Assembly: GCA_963742415.1 (NCBI GenBank)
Contig: CAVULX010000002.1
Location: 160,001 to 224,000, forward strand
Direction of reading: 5' to 3'
Length of the DNA stretch: 64,000 nt
Source: an uncultured Parachlamydiaceae bacterium
GTDB taxonomy: Bacteria > Chlamydiota > Chlamydiia > Chlamydiales > Parachlamydiaceae
Of this stretch, positions 39,401 through 49,174 are shown one piece after another. Position 1 is the stretch's first letter. Every line of letters begins with the position of its first letter. The position numbers and the translations under genes were made by a program. Below the pieces are notes generated by a model. That model was not told where the DNA came from and did not search any database. It worked only from the letters and a program-made list of their open reading frames with translations.

Positions 39401-39916
39401 CTTGAGTTCAGTGCGTAAGAAATCGTGCACCGCTTGCAACAACTTAGCCCCTGAGATCCCTTTCTCGCCAGTTTGATGAGTAAAACTGAAATCGCCTTCA
39501 AAGACAAATTCATTCAAAATCCGATTGCAAAAGCTGTGGATGGTAAAAATTTGAGCTTGATCAAAACAAAACAAGGCTTGCTCTAGCAGCTTGATGGCCC
39601 TCTCTTTTGCTTCAAAACCGTGCTCCAGGATGTGGAGAAGATAGTCGTGGGAAGTGGAATTCTCGGTCAGCAAACAATCGATCGATTTGACGATATGGTT
39701 GCGAATCCTCATCTTCAGGTCCCGCGTAGCCGCTCGTGTAAAAGTCACAACGAGAATCTGTTCAAGAAGCAGGGGCTCTGAAGCAATTAAAAGACGGACA
39801 AAGATATTTTCAATCGAATATGTTTTGCCTGTACCTGCCGAAGCTTCTAATAAATAGTTCTGATTTAAATTTAGGGATCTATCTGAAACGTCGAACCCTT
39901 TTTCTTTAGGCATCAT
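36392..39916 (-). CDS. recB: exodeoxyribonuclease V beta subunit
   Basis: EASAGTGKT, IDEFQDTD, VGDPKQSIYAFRRAD, YVATTRAK and nuclease motif GVIDL...LDWKS. Start placed at MMPKEK overlapping the recC stop. Confidence 0.95.
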   Translation of the reverse strand: MMPKEKGFDVSDRSLNLNQNYLLEASAGTGKTYSIENIFVRLLIASEPLLLEQILVVTFTRAATRDLKMRIRNHIVKSIDCLLTENSTSHDYLLHILEHGFEAKERAIKLLEQALFCFDQAQIFTIHSFCNRILNEFVFEGDFSFTHQTGEKGISGAKLLQAVHDFLRTELKFEICSKQQLKILLKEYRQNFDDLIQDLAKTVAKGSEIQETPSYKEQFAAFQKGMQKLKKEIGCSSDRILEDYDALMDVTDGRGKKSALSDRMAIQRFTSLFDCGSWDENDFESLLKGDFELFQQKWPPLDKIKKGKITPPLHAPQLFSRVQAHLAPAVLQASNPKMIFARLAFACQKHVCHYLEAEELFDYDQILKVMHKGTKHPPFVHQIRSRYQAAIIDEFQDTDPMQWEIFQALFLEGESPSHRLFLVGDPKQSIYAFRRADIYTYLSAANALGENCKASLNTNYRSHPHLVHALNALFDSRQTPDMIHLPRLSLTLEYHPVRGGEKVTAKDFHDERGCVHFFTLDLASQEKKSLKDAESNFLFPFIVKEIQRLNHQEGVAFKQFAILVKDRFQAERLNLFLKKWQIPASNQRNTTLEEAPAISALRELLQAIKAPRHVNSLKIALGGPVLGWTHEEIKALEDLNELERVMIAFYELREILMQDGMGGLFQQLMRLDLKKQDETVSEKMLRREGGYELYQDLLLLTERLAEEGIRKSPSFDSLFITLEEINGSPEAEKGVKRRIDPDQDAVQILTIHNSKGLEYEIVFALGLVVGKEQNESFYPHVDASGCHKLQVADENDPLYLKHCEELDAEKMRQLYVATTRAKQRLYVPALFGANKQTKPGDGSSMELFCARFGYPPASDSSELYQRISKEDGQRLIEWVALHGKECKISHCYLDRENLELSVLKKPEALALIPPRQVHIQENKQFLYSFTSLSQTDKRENFETDKSPPQDFSTQLKSPHSLPAGNEIGTLLHKILEDLPFHQGSHPEFMSNLKSFIYPYVANTPFEEWQEVISKVIFNALHTPLPFQGKKTSLACLDGSKMYKESEFLYPWEGNGMAVPEMKPVSGFLKGVIDLICQHEGKYYLLDWKSNWLGPDKQDYNLKALKLAMGEHNYHLQAAIYTEALKRYLHAVDPRAFNEIFGGVFYLFLRGLDPHSDDNEGIYHFFPSHEEILCN

Positions 39917-42900
39917 TTTTCTTCCTCTTCTTAGGCGTCCAACAGGCAAAAGCGTCCGAAAACAATTCTTCCGCAAAAGGCTTCCACTGATCGATCATCG
40001 GCTCGGCATGGGGAAATCCCCCTCCACGCAACAACCAATGCAAGTATTCATTATAAATTTTCGAAAATGGATTGTTTATTGTCGAAGCCAATTTCTCTTG
40101 GACTTTGCTAGGATCTTCGGTTAGAAAATGGGAAACCCATTCAGGAATCAAAGGGGAAGCGTTTTCTAATCCTGAAAGGTAATAGGCTATATATTTCGCT
40201 AACTCTTTTTCAGGGTCTTCAGTAAAGGGGTCCCCCACCTTCCCATCTTTGGCGAAAATAAGTTGAGGCTTGAAAGGGAGAGAATATAATCGAATTAAAC
40301 TTTGAAATGCCAGGAAATGGGGCACCACCTTCACAATGTCTTCTGCTTTCCCTTTTCGATGAAGAACCAATCCTTGCTCGGAAACTTCCGAAAAGTTTCC
40401 GACGAGAAGAATATCCCCATAATCTTGATGTCGAAGATTCAGTGGGGGGAGTTGCCATTTTCCTGTATGATCTCTTCGTGGAACAGAAAATAGCTCCGAA
40501 AATTCAACTTCAAATAATTCTTTAGGATCTGCCCCCGCCTTGTTTAAGTTGTCTTGAAGGTCTTGGATATCTTCTTGAAGGCGATCAATGGCGAGGTCGC
40601 GCAATATTCCAAAAGGGATCTGCCCCAACTTACATGAACGCTCCAAGGCAGTATGAAATGAGTTTTTCAATGCGCTTTTCCGTATTTTGTCTTGATCCAG
40701 CAAAGAAAGCTGAAACCGTTCAGCAACCTCCATCTCTTTTTGGTTTTCATTTTCTAAATAAATTCCAAGCGACCGATTAAAATAGGCTTTTAAGGGGTTG
40801 CCTGCGAATGAAGAAAGCTCCCTTATGTCAATTCGAATTTTTTCAATTTTTCCCTTTGCCTGTTGCCAAACAAAAGCCGGCATAAAGGAAAAGGGTGTTT
40901 TTTTCTGCTGATGGTAAAAGGCCAAGGCATTGTTATATTGGGTCCACGAATAGCTTGGACAAGAGGTGTGGGCTGCGAAATAAATTTGATCAAATGGATT
41001 ATAAGGATGCCTGGTCGTGCACAAGGTCGAACATGCCCCTCCAGAAATTTCATAGGCACTATCCATGTAATGCATCAACTCTGAAATCAATAAAGACGGC
41101 GGCTGTTCCTTATGGTCCTCTTCGGAAAGGTTGACATAGCTCATCAAAAAATAACGGCGTGCCGAAAGCAATGTTTCTAAAAACAAATAACGGTCGAAGT
41201 CTTGCTGAGAAGGACAATAATCGGCTTGTTCTTGGCCTCCCATTAAATCCAACGATGAACGGATCTGCTGCCTGGGAAATGCACCTTCTTGCATCCCCAT
41301 CAATACGATGATTTTGGCCGGAATCGTGCGCATGGGTAATAAGGAACAAAAACGGATAGCCGACAAATGGGATTCATGGTAGGTCGATCCCTTATCAGAA
41401 AGGAAAGACTCAATGTGCCAAAAGATGGTTTCAAATTTAAAGAGCGCCTGCGGCAAACGGCTATTGGCCGCTCGCAAAGCATCGAAGAAATCGTAGAGTT
41501 TTTGCGCTCCTTCACGATCCCCCTCCTCAAAAGCGAAATTGCTTTCTAACAAATGCTGCAACTTGGCTGCCCATTCGCCTAAAGATAAGGAACTATTGTC
41601 CGTCAAACATTTGAGCTCTTGTTCGAGGGTTTCCAAAAGCACAACCACTTTCCCCAAAAACTCCCCCTGGGCAAAATCGATCTCTTCGTAAGGGGGAATC
41701 GGCAAGTGCTCCGTCGATTCTCCAGCTTGAATTAACCCCCCTATCAATCTCCTTAAACCATAGTCCCAAGTTCCTACAGACGATTCATCAAGGATTGCAT
41801 TCCGGCAATGCTCACGTCTTAAAATCTCATTGCGGTGTACTACCGTGCGACCCCAGGTGATACGGCACTCCTTAATCCACGTTTCCAGATGATGAATTTC
41901 TTCACCTTTAATTTGATGCTTCTTTTGAAACGAGGGATGGCGAAACAGGGTAAATACCGAAACAGCATCCCAGCGGCTAGAGGGTAAAGAAAGAAGGTGC
42001 AGAAAACCTTGAACAACCCGATTTTGAGAGGCTAGGCACAAATCCATGATCTGGACGTTGCACAAGCTTTCGGCATCCTGAAACACCATTTTAATAAAAG
42101 GTTCGTAATCTCCGATATCAGGGGCCATCACCACAATGTCACGCGGACCAATCGGATCTTCCTGATTGTCTGAATGACGATCGAGAATTCCAAGCAGAAC
42201 ATCATAGATGGCCTGCACTTCCCTCAACTTGCTAGGCGCAGAGTGAAGTTGCACCGAGCCGTCATAGTGGCTGAATTGGGGTTTGATTGTCTTAACCGGA
42301 TTTCGTAAAAGCTGCATATCGGCTTGAAGAGCTTCTAGAAGTGTTAAAGGGCCTTCGTCACTGGCGAAATGGGTCTCCGGTTGAAGAAACGGGGCATATG
42401 CCGGATGATCCGCGATAGAATTGTGAAGGGTGTACATTTCTTCCAGATTTTCCACAGATTCTTCAATTTTAAGGGTTCTTTCTCTTCCCAATTTGCCAAA
42501 GTTAGCCAGAAGAGGATTGCAATCTCTCAAATAACTTTCCAGGTCCATCCGTTGGGAACCAGAAACCCCCTTCTTTTCGAAGGTGCGTAAAAGCCATGTC
42601 ATTTCCCTCTGCGACCGAATATCGCTCCAAAACTGTTGGCAGGGGGAAAGAAGGTAGTGTTTAATAGGGATCTGAGGGTCGCATTCTTTGAAAAAATCAA
42701 AGTAAATTGTTGGCAAGAAACTGACTGAAAATAAGTGCACCACGAGATCCGGTGATGAAGAACGGGGATAAAACGGTTTTTTTAGTTCACGGTAAAGATA
42801 AGTCCAAGGTGCATCCGGATGAAAGAGCTGACTCCAAAGCTGCTGCTGCCAATGGGTTGTGGAGGAGGCCTCCCAACCCTGCAGCCACCTCCCCCCATAT

Positions 42901-43355
42901 TTTCCATATTGGAGAAAAAGATGGGTCAAAGTGTTTGAGAGGGAGATCAAACGGCGCCGGCTTTTGGCTGTCCACTCTTCTGTATTTTTTATATGAAGGT
43001 AAGAACGCAACGGAGCCCAAGCTTCACTTGCTCCGGGCAGCGGTTTCATCAACATTGTACGCAAAGAATCCTCGATGGCCAAAGCAAGCTCCAGTTCCGT
43101 TGGCAGCTTGCCATTCGACGGGGGTTTTAAAAGGTCTTTAACGGTTTGGATCGCCCGATCGAGGTAACAAAACTCAAGGCCGGCAGCAATGCCCAAAGCG
43201 GGATCTTGGGCTAAATGAAGCTGAAGCCACGACTTCATCGCGGGGCTGGGAATGACAACGAGGCGGCGGGTGAAAGGGGTCGAAGGGGGTGCGTAGAGAG
43301 AATTTTTGAACGAATCAAACAAATTTTCAATTCGATTACTATAAAAGACATCCAA
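39906..43355 (-). CDS. recC: exodeoxyribonuclease V gamma subunit
   Basis: YSNRIE, NPLLANFGKLGR, DIVVMAPDI, LLPMRTIP and DRYLFLETLLSAR. Confidence 0.95.
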   Translation of the reverse strand: MDVFYSNRIENLFDSFKNSLYAPPSTPFTRRLVVIPSPAMKSWLQLHLAQDPALGIAAGLEFCYLDRAIQTVKDLLKPPSNGKLPTELELALAIEDSLRTMLMKPLPGASEAWAPLRSYLHIKNTEEWTAKSRRRLISLSNTLTHLFLQYGKYGGRWLQGWEASSTTHWQQQLWSQLFHPDAPWTYLYRELKKPFYPRSSSPDLVVHLFSVSFLPTIYFDFFKECDPQIPIKHYLLSPCQQFWSDIRSQREMTWLLRTFEKKGVSGSQRMDLESYLRDCNPLLANFGKLGRERTLKIEESVENLEEMYTLHNSIADHPAYAPFLQPETHFASDEGPLTLLEALQADMQLLRNPVKTIKPQFSHYDGSVQLHSAPSKLREVQAIYDVLLGILDRHSDNQEDPIGPRDIVVMAPDIGDYEPFIKMVFQDAESLCNVQIMDLCLASQNRVVQGFLHLLSLPSSRWDAVSVFTLFRHPSFQKKHQIKGEEIHHLETWIKECRITWGRTVVHRNEILRREHCRNAILDESSVGTWDYGLRRLIGGLIQAGESTEHLPIPPYEEIDFAQGEFLGKVVVLLETLEQELKCLTDNSSLSLGEWAAKLQHLLESNFAFEEGDREGAQKLYDFFDALRAANSRLPQALFKFETIFWHIESFLSDKGSTYHESHLSAIRFCSLLPMRTIPAKIIVLMGMQEGAFPRQQIRSSLDLMGGQEQADYCPSQQDFDRYLFLETLLSARRYFLMSYVNLSEEDHKEQPPSLLISELMHYMDSAYEISGGACSTLCTTRHPYNPFDQIYFAAHTSCPSYSWTQYNNALAFYHQQKKTPFSFMPAFVWQQAKGKIEKIRIDIRELSSFAGNPLKAYFNRSLGIYLENENQKEMEVAERFQLSLLDQDKIRKSALKNSFHTALERSCKLGQIPFGILRDLAIDRLQEDIQDLQDNLNKAGADPKELFEVEFSELFSVPRRDHTGKWQLPPLNLRHQDYGDILLVGNFSEVSEQGLVLHRKGKAEDIVKVVPHFLAFQSLIRLYSLPFKPQLIFAKDGKVGDPFTEDPEKELAKYIAYYLSGLENASPLIPEWVSHFLTEDPSKVQEKLASTINNPFSKIYNEYLHWLLRGGGFPHAEPMIDQWKPFAEELFSDAFACWTPKKRKKNDA

Positions 43356-43399
43356 GCTTTACCATCCACAGGTTGGAAATTTGATCTCATAACTTGAGT

Positions 43400-43987
43400 T
43401 CATAAATAATTGGCGGTAATCAACGCATCCAGGATGATCTTTGCACTTCCGGCGAATAACCCTACACAACCAAAAAAAATGGCTAAAGCCGTATGAAAAT
43501 CTGTGGCCGTCAGCAATGTCGATAAGATATAAGCAAGATTGCTCACAATCCCATAAGCTGCCGATACACGTGTTTTTGCTGCCGAACTAGCCATGAAAAC
43601 ATCTACATTATATTTTAATGCATATAAGTTTGAAATCGTAAAGACAATTAACCCGGCTTCTGCCAACTCGGGGGAGTTTAAAATCAGAGCTGCTATTCCA
43701 ATAATGCCCGACAAACTATACATGGTCCCATGATAGACGCTATAGTGCCTTTCAGGTGTAGAAGGCTTAGTATGAATGAGATCCCAACTTAATTCCTTGC
43801 CGCCGCAAGCTATTAAGGCTATGTTTTGAATCAATTGAAAACGTTTGACGGCTAAATCTAAAACTTGTTCCCCATAAGGAATACCCTGAAGAGTTGAATG
43901 AACATTTTGCATCCAATTGACCGCCTGAGGAACCGCTGTTATACTCATAAGATTTTCATCTGGTTGGGGGTTTTGTATTGGTAACAA
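43400..43987 (-). CDS. hypothetical four-TM membrane protein (Inc-like)
   Basis: Two bilobed hydrophobic regions after a hydrophilic N-terminus; TTG start. Confidence 0.65.
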   Translation of the reverse strand: MLPIQNPQPDENLMSITAVPQAVNWMQNVHSTLQGIPYGEQVLDLAVKRFQLIQNIALIACGGKELSWDLIHTKPSTPERHYSVYHGTMYSLSGIIGIAALILNSPELAEAGLIVFTISNLYALKYNVDVFMASSAAKTRVSAAYGIVSNLAYILSTLLTATDFHTALAIFFGCVGLFAGSAKIILDALITANYL

Positions 43988-44190
43988 ATTTTATTGCAAG
44001 AAACCTTCTTTTTAATATACGTTAAGGTTTGTAGCCCTCTAGTTTGAATATGTTTTCAAAATCTCAATCGGATAATTTGAAGACAACTATATCTCTTGCT
44101 ATGATATAGAGCAAGAACGAAATCTATAAAAAATATTTTTGTTTATGACAAAATAATTAATTATAAATCTTAGTATTAGGAGAATTGAAA

Positions 44191-45561
44191 ATGACAGGTT
44201 TTCCAGATACTTATCTATCAAGTTCTCTCAGGTCAATCACCGGCACTTCATATGAAAATAGAGCGGCTGCAAATAGAGTGACAAAAAGTCCCTCTCCAAA
44301 AATTTCTCTTAATCAGGAACAAATAAACAAGGCTGACTATATAGGGAGTTCTACACTTAAACAAGATACAATAAGTATTCCATTATCCCATTATTATGCA
44401 TTAATGGACAACACAAGGCTACTAAATACATTCCTTAATGAGGACGATGTAGATGGCACACATGAAGTCAACGGAATTACTGCTTTGCAGGTTGCTTCTG
44501 TTGCTAACTCAATAGAATGCATGAAGGTGATTATCTCAAGAGGAGGAAATGTTAATAAACCAGATAATCATGGTATAACCGCTTTGCATCTAGCTGTCAA
44601 GAAAAATGAAAAAACTGCTTTTGATATCTTAATGGAACAACCAAATATTGATATTACGGTCAAAAATAAAGACAACATCACCGCTTTCCACTTATCAGCC
44701 AAGTTTAATTCTACTGTTCGTTTAGAAAAGTTGATTCAACATAGCAAAGACCCTGCAAAGGGGGGAAGCAGCGAGCTTATGGAATCATTGATTAATGGTT
44801 CAGATGCATGGGATCAAGGGCCTATACATTATGCCGCAAGCTATGCATCTGAGGGCACGCTGCAAATATTGATCGATAATGGCGCCGATATGGAAAAAAA
44901 AGAGGAAATCGGAAATACCCCCCTATTATCGGCTGCTTGTCAAGGATTTTTTAGTAGTATAAAGAAATTATTAGCTGCCAAGGCCGATGTGGCAGCAACA
45001 AACAATGCAGGCCAAAACATCCTTCATTCATTAATCCAATATTTATTCGACCAAAAAAAAAATGAGATTGACATTCCATCGTTTTTAATTTCGATGCAAA
45101 TTTTTTTAAATAAATTGAAAAAATTGGTAGGTGATCAAAAATTTTCTGAGCTAATCAACAGTAAAGATAAAAGAGGCTTTACCCCTTTGTTATTAGCAGA
45201 ACAGCTTGCAAAAGATGAAACAATCCCAGCTCCGGATCGTGGGAAATTGCAAGATACGTTAAAAAGAATGGGAGCCAAAGAGCAAAAACCTAGACTAAAA
45301 GACAACACATGCAAAATTTGTCAAAAGATAATCATCGAAAGTAATACTCTATCCTGTGGAGATTCATTTTGCGGAATGTGCCTGCGAAAATGGAAGAAAG
45401 AACAAGAACCGAATAATCTGCCTGTAAATGGATGTCCGAGTGATCCGAGTGGACATGCGAATGCAAAAATAGTTCGCGATTCCCGCAGCAACGCTCCCTA
45501 TGACGCCATACTCAAGTTTTACTTTCCCAATAGAACTAAGAAAAGATACGCCTACAGTTAA
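44191..45561 (+). CDS. ankyrin-repeat protein with C-terminal RING-like domain (candidate E3 ligase effector)
   Basis: Repeated GxT(A/P)LH motifs (GITALQVA, GITALHLA, GPIHYA, GNTPLLSA, GFTPLLLA); C-terminal CKIC-x11-CGDSFCGMC-x17-CPSD. Confidence 0.85.
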   Translation: MTGFPDTYLSSSLRSITGTSYENRAAANRVTKSPSPKISLNQEQINKADYIGSSTLKQDTISIPLSHYYALMDNTRLLNTFLNEDDVDGTHEVNGITALQVASVANSIECMKVIISRGGNVNKPDNHGITALHLAVKKNEKTAFDILMEQPNIDITVKNKDNITAFHLSAKFNSTVRLEKLIQHSKDPAKGGSSELMESLINGSDAWDQGPIHYAASYASEGTLQILIDNGADMEKKEEIGNTPLLSAACQGFFSSIKKLLAAKADVAATNNAGQNILHSLIQYLFDQKKNEIDIPSFLISMQIFLNKLKKLVGDQKFSELINSKDKRGFTPLLLAEQLAKDETIPAPDRGKLQDTLKRMGAKEQKPRLKDNTCKICQKIIIESNTLSCGDSFCGMCLRKWKKEQEPNNLPVNGCPSDPSGHANAKIVRDSRSNAPYDAILKFYFPNRTKKRYAYS

Positions 45562-45577
45562 ACCGATCCCGGAATAG

Positions 45578-45637
45578 GGATAAGCAGGATCAATAATCCT
45601 GCTTATCCTGCCGCTTGCGATCCTGCATATCCTGTTC
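45578..45637. repeat. palindromic element family A, internally deleted copy
   Basis: ggataagcaggat-caata-atcctgcttatcc followed by tgccgcttgcgatcctgcatatcctgttc (right arm of the 34.3 kb type). Confidence 0.8.
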
Positions 45638-45643
45638 AATCTT

Positions 45644-45676
45644 ATTCATCCCTGATTCATCCCCGATTCATCCCTG
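45644..45676. repeat. 3 x 11 bp tandem repeat (attcatccc[t/c]g) forming the fmt 3' end
   Basis: attcatccctg attcatccccg attcatccctg; contains the fmt TGA stop. Confidence 0.85.
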
Positions 45677-46602
45677 ATCTGGAGAAATTCGCTGGGAGTT
45701 CCTCGCATAAATTCTTCGGCCGACATCGCTCTTTTTCCTTCGAGCTGCACCTCTAACAGCCGAAGGGCGCCTTTTCCACATCCGATGATGAGCCCCTCTT
45801 TTCCATATTTTAAAATTTTTCCGGGAGCCCCTTGCAGATCCACACGCTGTGTCTTAAACACTTTCAATCTCAAAGAATGGCCACGCACAGTCGTAAAACA
45901 CCAAGCTCCAGGATAAGGAAAAACCCCTCGGACAAGATTGTGCAGCTCTTCCGCAGAGCGGTTCCAGTCTATTTGGCAATCTTCCAATTCAATTTTAGGG
46001 GCATATGTAACCAAAGAATCATCTTGCGGCTTACGAAGGAAAATCCCCTGTTCAAATTCACGGATCACTTCCAGCAAAACAGGAGAACCTTCATGGCATA
46101 AAATTTCCTCAAGCTCCCCAAAACTCATCTCTTCAGTAATCGGAACCTTGACCGCTTTGATGATGTCGCCTGCATCCATTTTTTTAACCATGTGCATAAT
46201 GGTGACACCCGTTTCTTTTTCCCCTTTCAAAATAGCTCGTTGGATGGGTGCAGCCCCCCGATATTTAGGAAGCAAGCTTGCATGCAAGTTGATGCAGCCT
46301 AAACGGGGCATATCTAGCAAATGTTGTTTGATGATTTCTCCATAAGCAACCACAACAAAGAGATCGGCTTGGAAAGGGGGCAGGACATCGGCAAATTCGG
46401 GAGCTGACACAAGCTCCGGTTGAAACACCGGAATCTTCTTTTCTAATGCCACAGCCTTGACAGGTGTGGGTATTGGGGATCCGGAACGCCCTTTCGGTTT
46501 ATCCGGTTTGGTGATGGCAGCAACAACCTCCACATGATGATCTAAAAGATAGCGTAGAACCTCGGCCGCAAATGGGGGTGTTCCAAAGTAAACGATTTTC
46601 AT
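45646..46602 (-). CDS. fmt: methionyl-tRNA formyltransferase
   Basis: YFGTPPFA, VVAYG, NLHASLLPKYRGAAPIQ and MDAGDI. Confidence 0.97.
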   Translation of the reverse strand: MKIVYFGTPPFAAEVLRYLLDHHVEVVAAITKPDKPKGRSGSPIPTPVKAVALEKKIPVFQPELVSAPEFADVLPPFQADLFVVVAYGEIIKQHLLDMPRLGCINLHASLLPKYRGAAPIQRAILKGEKETGVTIMHMVKKMDAGDIIKAVKVPITEEMSFGELEEILCHEGSPVLLEVIREFEQGIFLRKPQDDSLVTYAPKIELEDCQIDWNRSAEELHNLVRGVFPYPGAWCFTTVRGHSLRLKVFKTQRVDLQGAPGKILKYGKEGLIIGCGKGALRLLEVQLEGKRAMSAEEFMRGTPSEFLQIRDESGMNQG

Positions 46603-46611
46603 CCGTAGACC

Positions 46612-47469
46612 TTAGTCTATTGCGGCGTATTCTTTTTCTTCTTCTTTTTCAATTTGCTCGAAGTCATCTTCCGGACCATAACTAGCTTGCAAGCCCATGA
46701 GGCCCCGCTTTGATTCACGGCAAAATTTTAGCCAATGTTGAATCTCGGGAAGCTGTTCAGTAGAAGTTTCGATTTGGTTCAAAGCTTCCTCCAGACGCAA
46801 ATTTGAGCGATAGACCAGCTTGTAGGCCTTGCTAAGCTCTTTTCGTGTTTTAAGTGCGAACCCATTGCGCTTGAGGCCGATGATGTTGAGGCCGCCGAAT
46901 TTATAAGGAATACCCGCTCCGATTGTATAAGGGGGGATATCGTGTGTAATGCGGCTCATCCCTCCGACCATGGCATAAGAGCCGATTCGGGAGTATTGGT
47001 GGACGGCTGTCATACCGCCAATAATGGCTCCATCTTCAACGGTGACATGACCGGCTAAGTTCACATTGTTGCTTAAGATGACCCGGTTCCCTAGACGGCA
47101 GTGGTGTGCCACATGGCAATAGGCCATGATTAAGCAGTGATCCCCCACTTTGACTTCGGAATTTTCTTCGAATGAGGAATTGATCGTTACGAATTCCCGG
47201 ATTTCGCAGTTTTTCCCAATCCGTACAAAGGTTTTTTCCCCGCGGTATTTTAGGGCTTGCGTTTTGGTGCCGATGCTAGCTGAAGGATACACTATAGTTC
47301 CTTCACCGATGGTTGTGTGGCCATCAATGTAAGCGTGTGATTTGATGATGACGCGGTCTTCCAACGTCACATTTTCTTTCACGACAGCGTAAGGTTCAAT
47401 GGTGACATCTGTACCGATTTTTGCCCCTGGCTCTACGATGGCTAGAGGATGAATGTTTGGTTTGCTCAT
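46612..47469 (-). CDS. lpxA: UDP-N-acetylglucosamine O-acyltransferase
   Basis: Hexapeptide repeats, IREFVTI, HVAHHC, LAGHV and GLNIIGLKR. Confidence 0.97.
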   Translation of the reverse strand: MSKPNIHPLAIVEPGAKIGTDVTIEPYAVVKENVTLEDRVIIKSHAYIDGHTTIGEGTIVYPSASIGTKTQALKYRGEKTFVRIGKNCEIREFVTINSSFEENSEVKVGDHCLIMAYCHVAHHCRLGNRVILSNNVNLAGHVTVEDGAIIGGMTAVHQYSRIGSYAMVGGMSRITHDIPPYTIGAGIPYKFGGLNIIGLKRNGFALKTRKELSKAYKLVYRSNLRLEEALNQIETSTEQLPEIQHWLKFCRESKRGLMGLQASYGPEDDFEQIEKEEEKEYAAID

Positions 47470-47514
47470 GAGGTCGTCTATCTATTTTTAAGTGTTAACG
47501 TTAAATTGCTTATC

Positions 47515-47982
47515 TTATATTTGGCTTTTGTCGACAAGAGCAAAACCGATTTCTGCTTCGACGGCAATCTTATCATTGACATAAGCTTCTACTTTCACAC
47601 GCCCCCCTTTGGAACTAAAATGCAATCCTTCCCCTTTTAAAAGGAGAACATCTCCCGGACGAACCGGATGGCGAAACTTGGCATTGTTGACATTGAGGAG
47701 AACGGCAATTTTTGGGATGTCTGCTTTCAAATGCACAAGAACTCCTCCTGCTTGTGCCAGAGCCTCCAAAATTAAAAACCCCGGCATCAAGGGAACATCG
47801 GGAAAATGCCCTTGAAAAAAAGCCTCATTGATGGTGACATTTTTTTGGCCAAGGATGTGCCCTTTCTCCAAATCTATTTCCAAGATTTTATCCACCAGCA
47901 AAAAGGGGTAGCGGTGGGGAAGGATCTTAATGATCTCTTTTACATCGAGAGATTTACGATGTTCCTGCTTATCTGCTTGCAT
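47515..47982 (-). CDS. fabZ: 3-hydroxyacyl-ACP dehydratase
   Basis: LPHRYPFLLVD and FFQGHFP...MPG...EALAQ. Confidence 0.97.
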   Translation of the reverse strand: MQADKQEHRKSLDVKEIIKILPHRYPFLLVDKILEIDLEKGHILGQKNVTINEAFFQGHFPDVPLMPGFLILEALAQAGGVLVHLKADIPKIAVLLNVNNAKFRHPVRPGDVLLLKGEGLHFSSKGGRVKVEAYVNDKIAVEAEIGFALVDKSQI

Positions 47983-48866
47983 TAACTCTTCTCCATCGTA
48001 ATATGATTATACAATTTTTTGGCAAAAGCCACATTGGATGAGTGCCCTGAGCGGATAGCTAAGATATGGGCACAGAAATTGAAGCCTACTAAGCTGAGGT
48101 CGCCGATCATATCCAAAATTTTATGGCGCGCCATCTCGTCGGGAAAAAAAAGTCCGTTTTTACTGAGAACAACATCCCCTTTGATCACGACAGCATTGTC
48201 TAAGCTTCCCCCTTTAATAAGGCCTCGATCCATCAACATGGAGACTTCTTCATAAAGGGAAAAAGTGCGGCAAGGAGCGATCTCTTGTTTAAATGAAGCG
48301 TGATCGACAACTAAAGAATGGAATTGTCCACGGAGGATGGGGGAATTGGGATAGTTTAATGTATAACTAATCCGAAATTGATCATCTGGAATGGCGACGA
48401 GGTGGATCTCCCCTTCCGACCAATAGATTGGCTTTTGCAGGTGGACAATAGGGACGATCCCTTCTTGATCCGCAATCCCCGCTTTTTCGATCATTTCTAC
48501 AAAAACATCCGAACTTCCATTCCCAACCGGGGGCTCGATACTGTTGATTTCAATGGTGAGATTATCAATTTGATTAGCGGCAAGTGCAGCAAGCACATGT
48601 TCGATGGTGTGGATCCGGATATTATTGATCCCTATCGTCGTACTTCGGGAAGTATCGCAAACATATTCGAGTGTGGCGGGAATAAGAGGTTGATCCGGGA
48701 GATCGACCCGCTTAAATGTGATCCCAGCCCCTTCTTTAGATGGGCAGAACCTCATGTTGACAACTTCACCTGTATGGATGCCGATCCCTGAAAACGAGAC
48801 ATCATTCTTTAACGTCCGCTGCTTGCGCGTCCGTATTTTATGTTTCGGATTGATGGGAGCTATCAT
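47982..48866 (-). CDS. lpxC: UDP-3-O-acyl-GlcNAc deacetylase
   Basis: QRTL, GIHTG, TIEHVLAAL, HKILDMIGDL and SGH. Confidence 0.97.
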   Translation of the reverse strand: MIAPINPKHKIRTRKQRTLKNDVSFSGIGIHTGEVVNMRFCPSKEGAGITFKRVDLPDQPLIPATLEYVCDTSRSTTIGINNIRIHTIEHVLAALAANQIDNLTIEINSIEPPVGNGSSDVFVEMIEKAGIADQEGIVPIVHLQKPIYWSEGEIHLVAIPDDQFRISYTLNYPNSPILRGQFHSLVVDHASFKQEIAPCRTFSLYEEVSMLMDRGLIKGGSLDNAVVIKGDVVLSKNGLFFPDEMARHKILDMIGDLSLVGFNFCAHILAIRSGHSSNVAFAKKLYNHITMEKS

Positions 48867-48978
48867 TCACTTCCATTAGTTTTAATTTTCATCCAAACTG
48901 TTAAATATCAAATGTTCGATCGTAAAGGATAAACTATTTTTAGATCAAGCAATTTTAAACTGAAGGAAAAACCGGTGG

Positions 48979-49174
48979 CTCCTAAGTAACTAGACACAAA
49001 GAAGGAAAAAACAGGATAAACAAGATCGTAAACGGCAGGATAAGCAAGATATTGAATAAAGAGTAAGAATATGCGTTTATGATTAAGTTAAGACTATTCA
49101 AAAAAAAATCGTTTTTTCTTTTATCCTGCTTATCCTGCCGTTTACGATCTTGCTTATCCTGTTTTTCCTTCTCT
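48979..49174 (+). repeat. palindromic element family A, near-full copy abutting the lnt stop codon
   Basis: Same arms and core as the 31.5 kb copy; right-hand terminal motif missing. Confidence 0.92.

Noticed and set aside
39917-39976. N-terminal extension of RecB in the ORF track
   Set aside because: Lies within recC; the ATG overlapping the recC end is the more plausible start.
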